A stretch of 44,068 nucleotides of DNA from positions 1 through 44,068 of the IMG/VR virus record IMGVR_UViG_3300033434_000396; one strand, 5' to 3'. The first letter of the stretch is position 1, and each line of letters opens with the position of its first letter. Below the pieces are notes generated by a model. That model was not told where the DNA came from. It was given only the letters and a program-made list of their open reading frames with translations, and made no database searches. This document shows, one piece after another, positions 36,444 through 44,068 of this stretch. The position numbers were made by a program, and so were the translations under genes. Source of the stretch: a virus (Duplodnaviria > Caudoviricetes).

Positions 36444-37001
36444 TTAGCTTAGGAAATCGTCTTCCGGCAGATCGTCGCTAAAGTCATCTTCTGGTTTACT
36501 CCGTCCGCTGAGCGGCTCACCGTCAGCAAGCTTTTGCACGTTGTTAAGACCAACGCCGATTCCTTTATTTCCTTTTGAACTAAAGGCAAAGAAGTTGACA
36601 GCCACTCTAGCGTACATCCCGCTATAAATCTCGCTGGCATCCATGATTGGGTTTAAGTCTTTATCGACAATACCTGGTTTTTGTTTGCTGCTGCAATTGA
36701 AATAATAATGTCCAGCGTATTCCGGATGCTCATCTGCTTTTAGATCGCCATCCCGTAAAGGCAACTTCATTTCACCAGGAACCTTCCCTCCCCACTTTTC
36801 TACTGCTGCCGGATCTTTCTTTACAGCTTCAACTGCAGCTTTTACTTTTTGCAAGGTTGCTTTATCACTTTTAGGGATAAGTGCCGCCGTCGAGTATTTC
36901 ATGTCGCCTTTATCGTCAGCTTTCGGGGAAGTTAGATTTGCATAGCTCAGCCTTACTTTACCGGTTACTACCTTTGTAGGAGATTTTGTTTGATCACTCA
37001 T
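36444..37001 (-). CDS. ssDNA-binding protein (DUF2815, T7 gp2.5-like)
   Basis: VRLSYA, PLRDGD, YSGMYAR, GNKGI..GLNNVQK..DGEPL, acidic tail. Confidence 0.92.
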   Translation of the reverse strand: MSDQTKSPTKVVTGKVRLSYANLTSPKADDKGDMKYSTAALIPKSDKATLQKVKAAVEAVKKDPAAVEKWGGKVPGEMKLPLRDGDLKADEHPEYAGHYYFNCSSKQKPGIVDKDLNPIMDASEIYSGMYARVAVNFFAFSSKGNKGIGVGLNNVQKLADGEPLSGRSKPEDDFSDDLPEDDFLS

Positions 37002-37335
37002 GTTTAGGTTCCTCGCTCTCAATTTTTATGATTTCCTTTTTCATCGCTCTTGCGATTAACATATACACCGCTACATCTAGGCAGCGTTCTTCGAATTCAG
37101 GATCGTTAAGTATGGCATCAGATTTAGCCAAGGTAACTATATGCTTAGTCAAATATGCCATCAGTGTACGGAATTTCGTGTCATATGTTGCCTCGTCAAA
37201 TAACAATTCTGCTCCTTTGGTAAAGTTGTAAAAGGCATCATCATTAGCCCCATATGATTGGTTTTTCCGGGTAAACAGGCTTTCAATTAAAGCACAATCC
37301 CTTTTAATCGATTGAGCAAGTTGCTCTCGGGTCAT
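36994..37335 (-). CDS. DUF1599/nucleotide-modification-associated-domain-like protein
   Basis: F.RKNQSYG...D.F.NF...KH...D.AVY pattern. Confidence 0.55.
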   Translation of the reverse strand: MTREQLAQSIKRDCALIESLFTRKNQSYGANDDAFYNFTKGAELLFDEATYDTKFRTLMAYLTKHIVTLAKSDAILNDPEFEERCLDVAVYMLIARAMKKEIIKIESEEPKHE

Positions 37336-37351
37336 GTTTCTGCTCTCCTTT

Positions 37352-38509
37352 CTAACTAAAATCTGCTTGCGCTGAAGCAATCGAACAGATAGCTGACCGT
37401 TTATCACTCGCCGGCACCAATACCGGTTTCCCAGGTGGCTTAATAATGTACTCGGCTAGCAATGCGTTGAAAGATTTTTTACCGATCTTATCAGTCATTT
37501 TTGTAATACCATAAAGCGACTTTTCATAAATAACCTCATCTTTATAACCCGCTCCAACTAGAATATCCGCGACCTTTTTCTCGTCAGTATATTTGCGATT
37601 ACTGCGGCCTTCTACCAGTTTCCAGCCCGGCCAGTTTACACCGTGATTTTCTGCCTGATCTAAGGCGTAGGCTTTTAGATCACCGGCCCAAGCCGTTAGC
37701 TCATCAATCTTGCCCAGTATTTCGGCAATTTCATCAGCGTTTAAAAGAAAAGGCTCTTGAAAATCATAGGCTGCTAATTCGAGATTCTTTTCTGCTCTAG
37801 CCCGACAACTAAACCTAGCTTTGCAAAACTTACAATGATCACCGGCGCAAAAATCGCCTTTACCATCAAAAGCTAATCGGGCTTTAGGTTTAACCTCGTT
37901 TTCCCCCCAAGTCAGTAGTTCTTCGGCCTTTAATTCTTCACTGGATACACTATCTAGCCTGGGCTGTACAATAGTCATAGTTATGGCTTGTACATCATAA
38001 AGGCAATCAAATTGATTGATAGCGCCTAACCCGTAAAGCCTCATTTGTGTGTTTCCTTCAGCAGATACTGGGACGCCTTTTCCCAGCTTAAGGTCTATTA
38101 CTTCCACCAGACCATCGGCGATTATAATGGTATCCCCTGTACCAAACCCATCGGGTACCCAAGGACTGAAGTCCAATCTTTGCTCTAAAAGAATAACCGC
38201 ATCTTTACTAATTGCTTTCGCTGCATTAACTTTTTCAATGACTAAATCGACGTAAATTTGAATGCTATCAGTTAGTTCCTGTGTATAAAAAGAATTATTT
38301 TTCAAAAGTTTAATCTGTGCGTCGAATGCTTTGTTGCTTACCATTCCAAAGCATTTACGAAGGTAAAGTTCAGCAAGAGAATGTCCAAAACTACCTTCGG
38401 CAGCATAAGAGCTTTGCTCGTCAGGAAATTCTTTTTCTAGCTGAGCGCTGGGAGGGCAACTCATCCAGCGCTTACTTCCTGATGCACTTAATTTCGCATG
38501 TGCTGCCAT
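37352..38509 (-). CDS. DUF2800 Cas4-like PD-(D/E)xK nuclease
   Basis: HAKLSASG..RW..CP.S, FGTGD, VIDLKLG, Q.RLY, C.FC.....C. Confidence 0.9.
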   Translation of the reverse strand: MAAHAKLSASGSKRWMSCPPSAQLEKEFPDEQSSYAAEGSFGHSLAELYLRKCFGMVSNKAFDAQIKLLKNNSFYTQELTDSIQIYVDLVIEKVNAAKAISKDAVILLEQRLDFSPWVPDGFGTGDTIIIADGLVEVIDLKLGKGVPVSAEGNTQMRLYGLGAINQFDCLYDVQAITMTIVQPRLDSVSSEELKAEELLTWGENEVKPKARLAFDGKGDFCAGDHCKFCKARFSCRARAEKNLELAAYDFQEPFLLNADEIAEILGKIDELTAWAGDLKAYALDQAENHGVNWPGWKLVEGRSNRKYTDEKKVADILVGAGYKDEVIYEKSLYGITKMTDKIGKKSFNALLAEYIIKPPGKPVLVPASDKRSAICSIASAQADFS

Positions 38510-38934
38510 TATCCTAACTCCAAAGCGGAGGTCATCAGCTCGCCGTATTTTTCTTCTGGGACATCGGTCAGTTTGCTAAATCCTAAATTAGTAAGCAATC
38601 CTTTGACTTTTGCTTGCTTGCCGCTCTTGGCTAACTCCTGGAGTTTAGCCCGTACTTCCACAAGAGTATATGTAGGAGCTTTTGGCTCTTCCTGTTCTGG
38701 CTGCGGCTCTTCCACTGGTTCTGGTGCTATTTCAACAGGAGCAGTTGGTTCGGGCTCAAGTTCAGCTTTTTTTGATTGAACAGCTTTATTGCTACGGCTG
38801 CGGGTTGGTTTTTCGGGTTCTGGAACCGCTACAAGCTCCGCCGCATTTGTTACTGGCACAGCAGCCAGCTCCCGTGCTGCTCTTAATGCCTCCTCAGCGG
38901 AATCGGCTTCTATATTGATATAAACTTTTGTCAT
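38509..38934 (-). CDS. Hypothetical replication-module protein (P/E-rich linker, conserved C-terminal helical domain)
   Basis: TL.EVRAKL...G....VK.LL...G..KLTDV..EKY, typical upstream of DUF2800. Confidence 0.75.
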   Translation of the reverse strand: MTKVYINIEADSAEEALRAARELAAVPVTNAAELVAVPEPEKPTRSRSNKAVQSKKAELEPEPTAPVEIAPEPVEEPQPEQEEPKAPTYTLVEVRAKLQELAKSGKQAKVKGLLTNLGFSKLTDVPEEKYGELMTSALELG

Positions 38935-38981
38935 CTCTGTTCTCCTCCTAAATTTGACGGCATCAGTATGCCGTGATATTA

Positions 38982-39191
38982 TTAAATCGACATTTTTTTA
39001 GCAGCCGTTTTTACGGCTCCAAGTCGCCTGCCAGGGCGGCTTTTTATTTTTGCTATTTCTTTTTCGTACGTTCGAATTTTCCGTAAGTATTTTTTTATTG
39101 CCTGGATATCATCAACAACTGTAATTAACCATTTGTAACCTGCATATTGCCATTGCAGTCCTGCCAGTTTTAGCGCGTCGCGCTGGTTCAT
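38982..39191 (-). CDS. Basic hypothetical protein
   Basis: Start re-called at MNQRD (ATGA overlap). Confidence 0.5.
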   Translation of the reverse strand: MNQRDALKLAGLQWQYAGYKWLITVVDDIQAIKKYLRKIRTYEKEIAKIKSRPGRRLGAVKTAAKKMSI

Positions 39192-39331
39192 GGCAACCGC
39201 CCCAGCAAATACGCAAATAATAAATGCCCTGTAAAATACCAAGCTGCAAAAATAAATGTGCATACTGCTAATAAGTCAATTAACCCTTCCAGCGTCCAGC
39301 GCCGATCTTCATCGTCATTCATGGGTTTCAC
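39188..39331 (-). CDS. 47-aa membrane protein (not in ORF track)
   Basis: GAGGGAG RBS plus GTG; LIDLLAVCTFIFAAWYFTGHLLFAYLL. Confidence 0.55.
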   Translation of the reverse strand: MKPMNDDEDRRWTLEGLIDLLAVCTFIFAAWYFTGHLLFAYLLGRLP

Positions 39332-39505
39332 CTCCCTCTAAAAATTGTTGGTATAAAACCCTGCGGTATTGGATATACATAAACTGCAGAGGTTTATCCA
39401 TTTTTAAGTTTGACAGCGATTTTTTTACCAGGGCCGTTGCCCCGGTTACAGGAAATTATTTCCTCCCGTCGAAAATTGGGATTTGAGGGGAGGCGATTAA
39501 AAAAT

Positions 39506-40309
39506 ATGCAAATTGAAAGATATAAAGAGGCTTGTCAAATACTTGCAGAAATTCGTAAAAATCCTTCACACTATTTAATAATTCATTATTCATGTGAGAG
39601 CTTAGGTGATTTACCCAACGGATCTTCTCCAAGAATTACTTCTATCGCGATAAGATATGTTGAGAACGGACAAACCGATTCGTTTTCTATCCATAAAGCT
39701 GCCGAACGAAAGGGGATATCTTTAGACGAAATTAAGCAGCATTATAACGATTTGGAACTAGATATGCTGGAAGAATACATGGAATACATCGCGCAACATC
39801 ATAATTTCATTTTCATTCATTGGAATATGCGCGATATAGGGTATGGCTTTAAGGCAATTGAGCATCGCTTTATGGTTCTTCAAAATAAGAAAGGTAAAAC
39901 TGCTCTTCCACAAAAAATTCCTGATACTTGTAAAATTGATTTGTCACTTCTATTTGTAAAAAAATATGGTGGCCGATACATCGGAGATCCTAGAATAGTA
40001 AAATTGATTGAAAAGAATGATCTGAGACCAAAAGACTTCCTAACTGGAAAGAACGAAGCCGAGGCATTCGATAAACAAGAATACATTAAGTTACATTTAT
40101 CAACACTGAGTAAAACCCGCGTGTTTGATACTTTTCTATCGCTAGCAATCGACAACACCCTTAAAACTAATTCTTCATGGATTCAAACCCATGGTTATTC
40201 TCCACAAGCCCTTTGGTCATTAGCCAAGGAAAAATGGTATATGGCTATTGGGTTATCAATTATTACCATGATTCTCACTAAATTATGGGATAAGTTTTTT
40301 GGGCTATAA
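39506..40309 (+). CDS. RNase H/DnaQ-like exonuclease-fold protein with C-terminal TM helix (moron)
   Basis: IIHYSCE, RITSIA, E..ML..Y, IHWNMRD..YGF, IDL; C-terminal WYMAIGLSIITMILTKLW; AT-rich, counter-oriented. Confidence 0.6.
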   Translation: MQIERYKEACQILAEIRKNPSHYLIIHYSCESLGDLPNGSSPRITSIAIRYVENGQTDSFSIHKAAERKGISLDEIKQHYNDLELDMLEEYMEYIAQHHNFIFIHWNMRDIGYGFKAIEHRFMVLQNKKGKTALPQKIPDTCKIDLSLLFVKKYGGRYIGDPRIVKLIEKNDLRPKDFLTGKNEAEAFDKQEYIKLHLSTLSKTRVFDTFLSLAIDNTLKTNSSWIQTHGYSPQALWSLAKEKWYMAIGLSIITMILTKLWDKFFGL

Positions 40310-40450
40310 TAAACTAATTAGTTTACTGGCTAGCCATCCCATCAAACACAGCCTGACAGTTCTAATTAACTTTCCTTCATAAAAACCACCCGTAAACTCC
40401 AATAAAATATTTACACATACTACAGCAAGTATGATCTCGATATCAGACGT
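40304..40450 (-). pseudogene. 48-codon hydrophobic ORF with ACG in the start position
   Basis: GGGGGAGG RBS then ACG TCT GAT ATC..., open to TAG. Confidence 0.4.
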
Positions 40451-40493
40451 ATTTACCTCCCCCTCACGCGGCCCCTGAAATTACGCCTCTCAT

Positions 40494-40676
40494 CTATTTT
40501 GATTTTACAATCCCCTTTCTTGCCGCCATTCGTTTCTCAAGTCGCTGGTAATATCCGTTTTTGTCAAAACAATTCGGGCAGAACTTACGTCCATTCTCGC
40601 GGAATCGTTTTTCATCACCAGTTCCAATCGGCCAAAAGCACCCAGCACAGAATCCGGAATAACCTTGTATTTGCAT
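40494..40676 (-). CDS. Small zinc-finger-like protein
   Basis: CAGC...CPNC; GGGGAGG RBS. Confidence 0.65.
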   Translation of the reverse strand: MQIQGYSGFCAGCFWPIGTGDEKRFRENGRKFCPNCFDKNGYYQRLEKRMAARKGIVKSK

Positions 40677-40692
40677 CAGATTTCACCTCCCC

Positions 40693-41466
40693 TCACGCCG
40701 CCCCATACTTAATCGCCATTTCTTTCACTATCGCGACGTAGCCCTCAATCAGCTTCTTATCGTCGCCGATTACGTCCAGGGGATTAAGCTTGTCCCTCTT
40801 GGATTTGCAAACGCCCTCGCTTGCCAGCCGGTTGCGTTTGTTGGTTAACCGGGTTTCGACGCTTACCCCGAATCGTTTGTTAAGCAGATCATAACTTTCT
40901 TTACGCAAATCCCTGATATGATCGTTGCCACCTAATTTTTGAGCCATCTTGGTAATCAATAACGAGCTGTCCTTACGCCAGTCATGGGGATTAAGTGCCA
41001 CCACATCGCGGATGCCTTGCACCTCGCTAGATAACTTCAAAATTCTTTGTTCCTGGTCGGCTGCTTGCTGGGCCACTGCTGCAAGTATTTGGGCTTGGGT
41101 TAATGTGGGGAGTGGGCTAATACCGTATGTACCTGTCTTTCGAATTTCAGGAAGAATCTCGTCTGCAACTTTAGCTTGAAATGCTTCGGCAGCTTCATTT
41201 TTTGCTTTCATTGCCAGCCGGTAGAAGATATTTTCGGGGATGAAAACGTCTTTCCCAACTTGTTGGGAACCACCGTCGCAACTTGTTGCGATGAACCCAA
41301 AACCTTCTAAATATCCTTTTACTGTACGCCACCGAATTGTTTCATTACCGCTTGCGGCAATTTCAGTAAACCCTAGCCCCCTCGCCACATCTTCTAAATT
41401 CAAATGTGCCGTTCCGTGTTCGTCTATAAACCCTCGGACACCGGAAATCGTGATTAAGTCGCTCAT
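40693..41466 (-). CDS. BRO-N-type antirepressor
   Basis: LNLEDVARGLGF, FIPENIFYRLAMKA.N..AE.FQ..VA.EILP.IRKTG.Y; start re-called at 41466. Confidence 0.85.
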   Translation of the reverse strand: MSDLITISGVRGFIDEHGTAHLNLEDVARGLGFTEIAASGNETIRWRTVKGYLEGFGFIATSCDGGSQQVGKDVFIPENIFYRLAMKAKNEAAEAFQAKVADEILPEIRKTGTYGISPLPTLTQAQILAAVAQQAADQEQRILKLSSEVQGIRDVVALNPHDWRKDSSLLITKMAQKLGGNDHIRDLRKESYDLLNKRFGVSVETRLTNKRNRLASEGVCKSKRDKLNPLDVIGDDKKLIEGYVAIVKEMAIKYGAA

Positions 41467-41553
41467 CTTTTTTACACTCCTCTCCTCTAACCATTTTGTT
41501 AAGCTTGTCCAACTCTGCTGTGCCGGAAGGCTATCCGGCATTTGTTCTCCTTG

Positions 41554-41730
41554 TCAACCTTGCTTCTCTTCGTCTAACCATTTTGTTATTTGCCAGCCAA
41601 TGAAGCGGATTTGGCGGCGAATTTTTCGAAAAGGAATCTGGTTTTCACGTACCATCCTGTAGACCGTCTCGTCACTAACTTTTAGTATTTCGGTAAGATC
41701 TTGGACTGTTAACAGTCTTTCAACTGGCAT
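41554..41730 (-). CDS. Excisionase-like HTH_17 protein (58 aa, not in ORF track)
   Basis: MPVERLLTVQDLTEILKVSDETVYRMVRENQIPFRKIRRQIRF; AGGAGG RBS. Confidence 0.85.
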   Translation of the reverse strand: MPVERLLTVQDLTEILKVSDETVYRMVRENQIPFRKIRRQIRFIGWQITKWLDEEKQG

Positions 41731-41739
41731 AGCAACCTC

Positions 41740-41958
41740 CTATTTGGTATTTTGTGTCTTTTTATGACACGCAAATTCAAAAAAATTTTCATAGTCTACT
41801 TTAAATAGTTTGCTTAAAAGCATTATCTCATCAAGATAGAACCTTGTTTTTCCATTTTCTTTTTTCTGATAACCCGTTACAGATAAGTGTAATGCTTCAG
41901 CAGTTTCTTTCTGCGTCATATCTGCGTTAATTCGAGCCGCCTTAATAGTAATAGTCAT
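41740..41958 (-). CDS. Cro-like XRE HTH protein
   Basis: IKAARINADMTQKETAEAL; divergent from CI; start re-called at 41958. Confidence 0.88.
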   Translation of the reverse strand: MTITIKAARINADMTQKETAEALHLSVTGYQKKENGKTRFYLDEIMLLSKLFKVDYENFFEFACHKKTQNTK

Positions 41959-42087
41959 ATATTTTCTCCTCCCTTCCTGCGTGTCTTTAAATGACACCTA
42001 AATAATAACATACATTTTTTTCCTTAGTCAAGAACAAAAAAGACACAAATAAATATTTTTGTTGTTAAAAGTGTCTTTTTTGTGTAT
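41754..42087. promoter_or_regulatory. Repressor operators GTGTC-N7-GACAC and divergent promoters
   Basis: Full sites 41754-41770 and 41981-41997; half sites 42042-42046 and 42071-42075; leftward TTGACT (42031-42026)-18 nt-TATTAT with TG extension; rightward TGcTATAAA 42087-42095. Confidence 0.75.
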
Positions 42088-42113
42088 GCTATAAATGTAC
42101 AAATTAATAGGGT

Positions 42114-42776
42114 GTGGTGAGAAAGATGATTAGCAACAATGAATCTAAATTGTTTTATTTAGCTATTGGGAGAAACATAAAGAAGTATAGAGACCTAAGA
42201 AACTATAGTTTACAGATATTGGCTGAAAAGGTCGGTCTAACAAAGAAAACAATCCAACGATATGAAAATGGCGAGATAAAAATTGATATGGATCGCTTAT
42301 CCGAGATTACTCAAGCATTAAACGTCGATATGTCACAAATGTTAGAAGGCGCTCATGCTTTTTTGGGCATAGAAATATCTGACATCGAAACTGTTCGCGT
42401 TCCAATCGTCAAAAAAATGTCTTGCAATAATAACATCACAGCATACGAGGAAATCGAAAAATATGAACCAACGCCAAAGACCTGGCTGAGCGATGCCGAA
42501 TGCTTTTATTTAACCGCCCAAGGTGATAGCATGGTTAACGCCCGTATACAAGACGGCGACCTTGTTCTTGTTCGTAAACAGTTCGAAGTAAAAGATGGAG
42601 AAATAGGTGCTGTTATTATCGATAACACTATTTATCTAAAACGTATTTATAAAAGTAACGGAACTTTAATTCTACAATCAGAAAACCCCAAATATGCGCC
42701 TATTGTTGTTAATCTCAAAAATGAGAATAATGTTCACGTGATCGGCAAGCTAATAAAGATAATAATAAACGTCTAA
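42114..42776 (+). CDS. CI-like repressor (XRE HTH plus S24 peptidase)
   Basis: HTH at N-terminus; GDSM and LKR catalytic motifs. Confidence 0.92.
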   Translation: MVRKMISNNESKLFYLAIGRNIKKYRDLRNYSLQILAEKVGLTKKTIQRYENGEIKIDMDRLSEITQALNVDMSQMLEGAHAFLGIEISDIETVRVPIVKKMSCNNNITAYEEIEKYEPTPKTWLSDAECFYLTAQGDSMVNARIQDGDLVLVRKQFEVKDGEIGAVIIDNTIYLKRIYKSNGTLILQSENPKYAPIVVNLKNENNVHVIGKLIKIIINV

Positions 42777-42793
42777 CTGAAAGGAAGACAAAA

Positions 42794-44068
42794 ATGAGCA
42801 TTCAAAAGAAAGGTGACATTTATTATGTTGTATTGATGTATTACGACGAAAAAGGAAAAAAGAAGTACAAATGGCATAAGTCTGGAACTTCTAGTAAAGA
42901 AGCTGAAAAATTAGAAAGATCATTACGAACAGACATAGACCGCGGGGTTCTGATTTTATCAAATAAAACAACCCTGAAAGATTATTTAAATAAGTGGATC
43001 GACGTTGCTATTAGGCCAGAGCGCAGACCATCAACTGTCGCTAATTATGAAAGCCATATAAAGAACATCGTTAAAGGACTAGGCTCAGTAGATTTAGCAA
43101 AGTTGACACCAATAAAAATACAAGAATATTTGAATAGCGAACTTAAACGCCCTATTCAATCAAAAAGCAAACCTCCTGAAGAATTAAAACGAAAAAAGAA
43201 AGCGGTAAAAGAAAACTCTGACGAATCAAAGGCGAAAAAGCAAAAGCTGGTTTCTCCTACGACAGTCAGAGCACAATATAGTCTTTTATCCGATGCTCTT
43301 GGACGAGCTGTAAAATGGGGGATTATCGCAAAAAATCCTTGTGAAGCTGTTGATCCACCACAAAAAAATAAAGCCCATGCAAATGCCTACACTCCTGAAG
43401 AAGCAGACTTATTGATTAAGGCAATAGAAGACACGCACGTTAAATTGCCAGTCCTTCTCGGACTATTATGTGGTCTTCGGCGTGGCGAAGTTTGTGGGCT
43501 ACGATGGGAAGATATCGATCTAGATAAAAAAACCGCTAATATACGTCATAGCCTTGATAGAATGACTAAGGCATCTGCCATTGAGCTAGAAAAAAAGGAC
43601 ATTATTGTTTGGTGGGGTTGTGAATCTAAAGACAATAAATCAGTGTTAGCTCTTGGTCCAGTAAAAACAGATGAATCTGAAAGCGATATACCTTTACCAG
43701 GATTACTTATTCCGGTTTTAAAATCCGAGAAATTAGCCCAAAAGAAAAATAAGCTAGAATTGGGACAAGCTTACAACGATACTGGGTTTGTATGGTGCTG
43801 GGAAGATGGTTCACCCCATGATCCCGATTACCTGTACCACGAATTTATTAAATTGCTTGAGCGGTATGGTTTACGCAAAATCCGTTTTCATGATCTCCGG
43901 CATACACATGCAACATTATTGCTTCGCCAAAAGGTAGACATTAAAATAGTTAGTAAAAAGTTGCGGCATACTAAAGCGTCATTTACCGCAGATGTTTACC
44001 AGCACGTTCAGGAGGACATGCTTAGAGATACCGCCGATGCAATGGATGAGTTATTTAAAACCAAATGA
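42794..44068 (+). CDS. int: Tyrosine integrase
   Basis: GLRRGE, FHDLRHTHAT, LRH, VYQH. Confidence 0.96.
   Translation: MSIQKKGDIYYVVLMYYDEKGKKKYKWHKSGTSSKEAEKLERSLRTDIDRGVLILSNKTTLKDYLNKWIDVAIRPERRPSTVANYESHIKNIVKGLGSVDLAKLTPIKIQEYLNSELKRPIQSKSKPPEELKRKKKAVKENSDESKAKKQKLVSPTTVRAQYSLLSDALGRAVKWGIIAKNPCEAVDPPQKNKAHANAYTPEEADLLIKAIEDTHVKLPVLLGLLCGLRRGEVCGLRWEDIDLDKKTANIRHSLDRMTKASAIELEKKDIIVWWGCESKDNKSVLALGPVKTDESESDIPLPGLLIPVLKSEKLAQKKNKLELGQAYNDTGFVWCWEDGSPHDPDYLYHEFIKLLERYGLRKIRFHDLRHTHATLLLRQKVDIKIVSKKLRHTKASFTADVYQHVQEDMLRDTADAMDELFKTK

Larger units (their letters stand above)
1..44068. mobile_element. Temperate siphovirus prophage (HK97-type head, long non-contractile tail), near complete; att sites not in window
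   Basis: Integrase, CI/Cro switch, replication, packaging, head, tail and lysis modules in canonical order; no disrupted core gene seen. Confidence 0.97.

Noticed and set aside
37352-38509. Cas4-like nuclease as sign of CRISPR-Cas
   Set aside because: Standard DUF2800 gene of the phage replication module; no array or other cas genes seen
1-44068. attL/attR core repeats, tRNA genes, IS elements
   Set aside because: The window starts and ends at stop codons of terminal genes; no such features recognised by eye

Overview
The window appears to be an essentially complete ~44 kb temperate siphovirus prophage of a low-GC Firmicute. A Negativicute (Sporomusaceae-like) host is my inference from gene style and is not provable here. 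Reading the minus strand from the right end: tyrosine integrase and CI repressor (+ strand); cro, excisionase and BRO antirepressor; a Cas4-like nuclease/SSB/PolA/VapE/VRR-NUC/SNF2 replication module with an iteron-like GGCAACC cluster; HNH-cos-terminase-portal-ClpP-HK97 capsid; head-tail joining and tail genes with a clear -1 frameshift in the tail chaperone; TMP, Dit, hub and fibres; and a lysis cassette. The att sites lie outside the window. The most interesting part is the left-end accessory operon (RHH - FtsK/SpoIIIE ATPase - degenerate Replic_Relax protein - small signal-peptide/2-TM membrane protein). A perfect 17-bp inverted repeat buries its first start codon, and the operon may be a conditionally expressed DNA-translocation system. 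Other leads are a counter-oriented exonuclease-fold protein with a C-terminal TM helix (defence candidate), a lysis cassette with no recognisable spanin but extra downstream genes, a duplicated tail-terminator-like gene, and recurrent Thr/Asp-rich tracts. All family calls are from motif recognition by eye; no searches were run.
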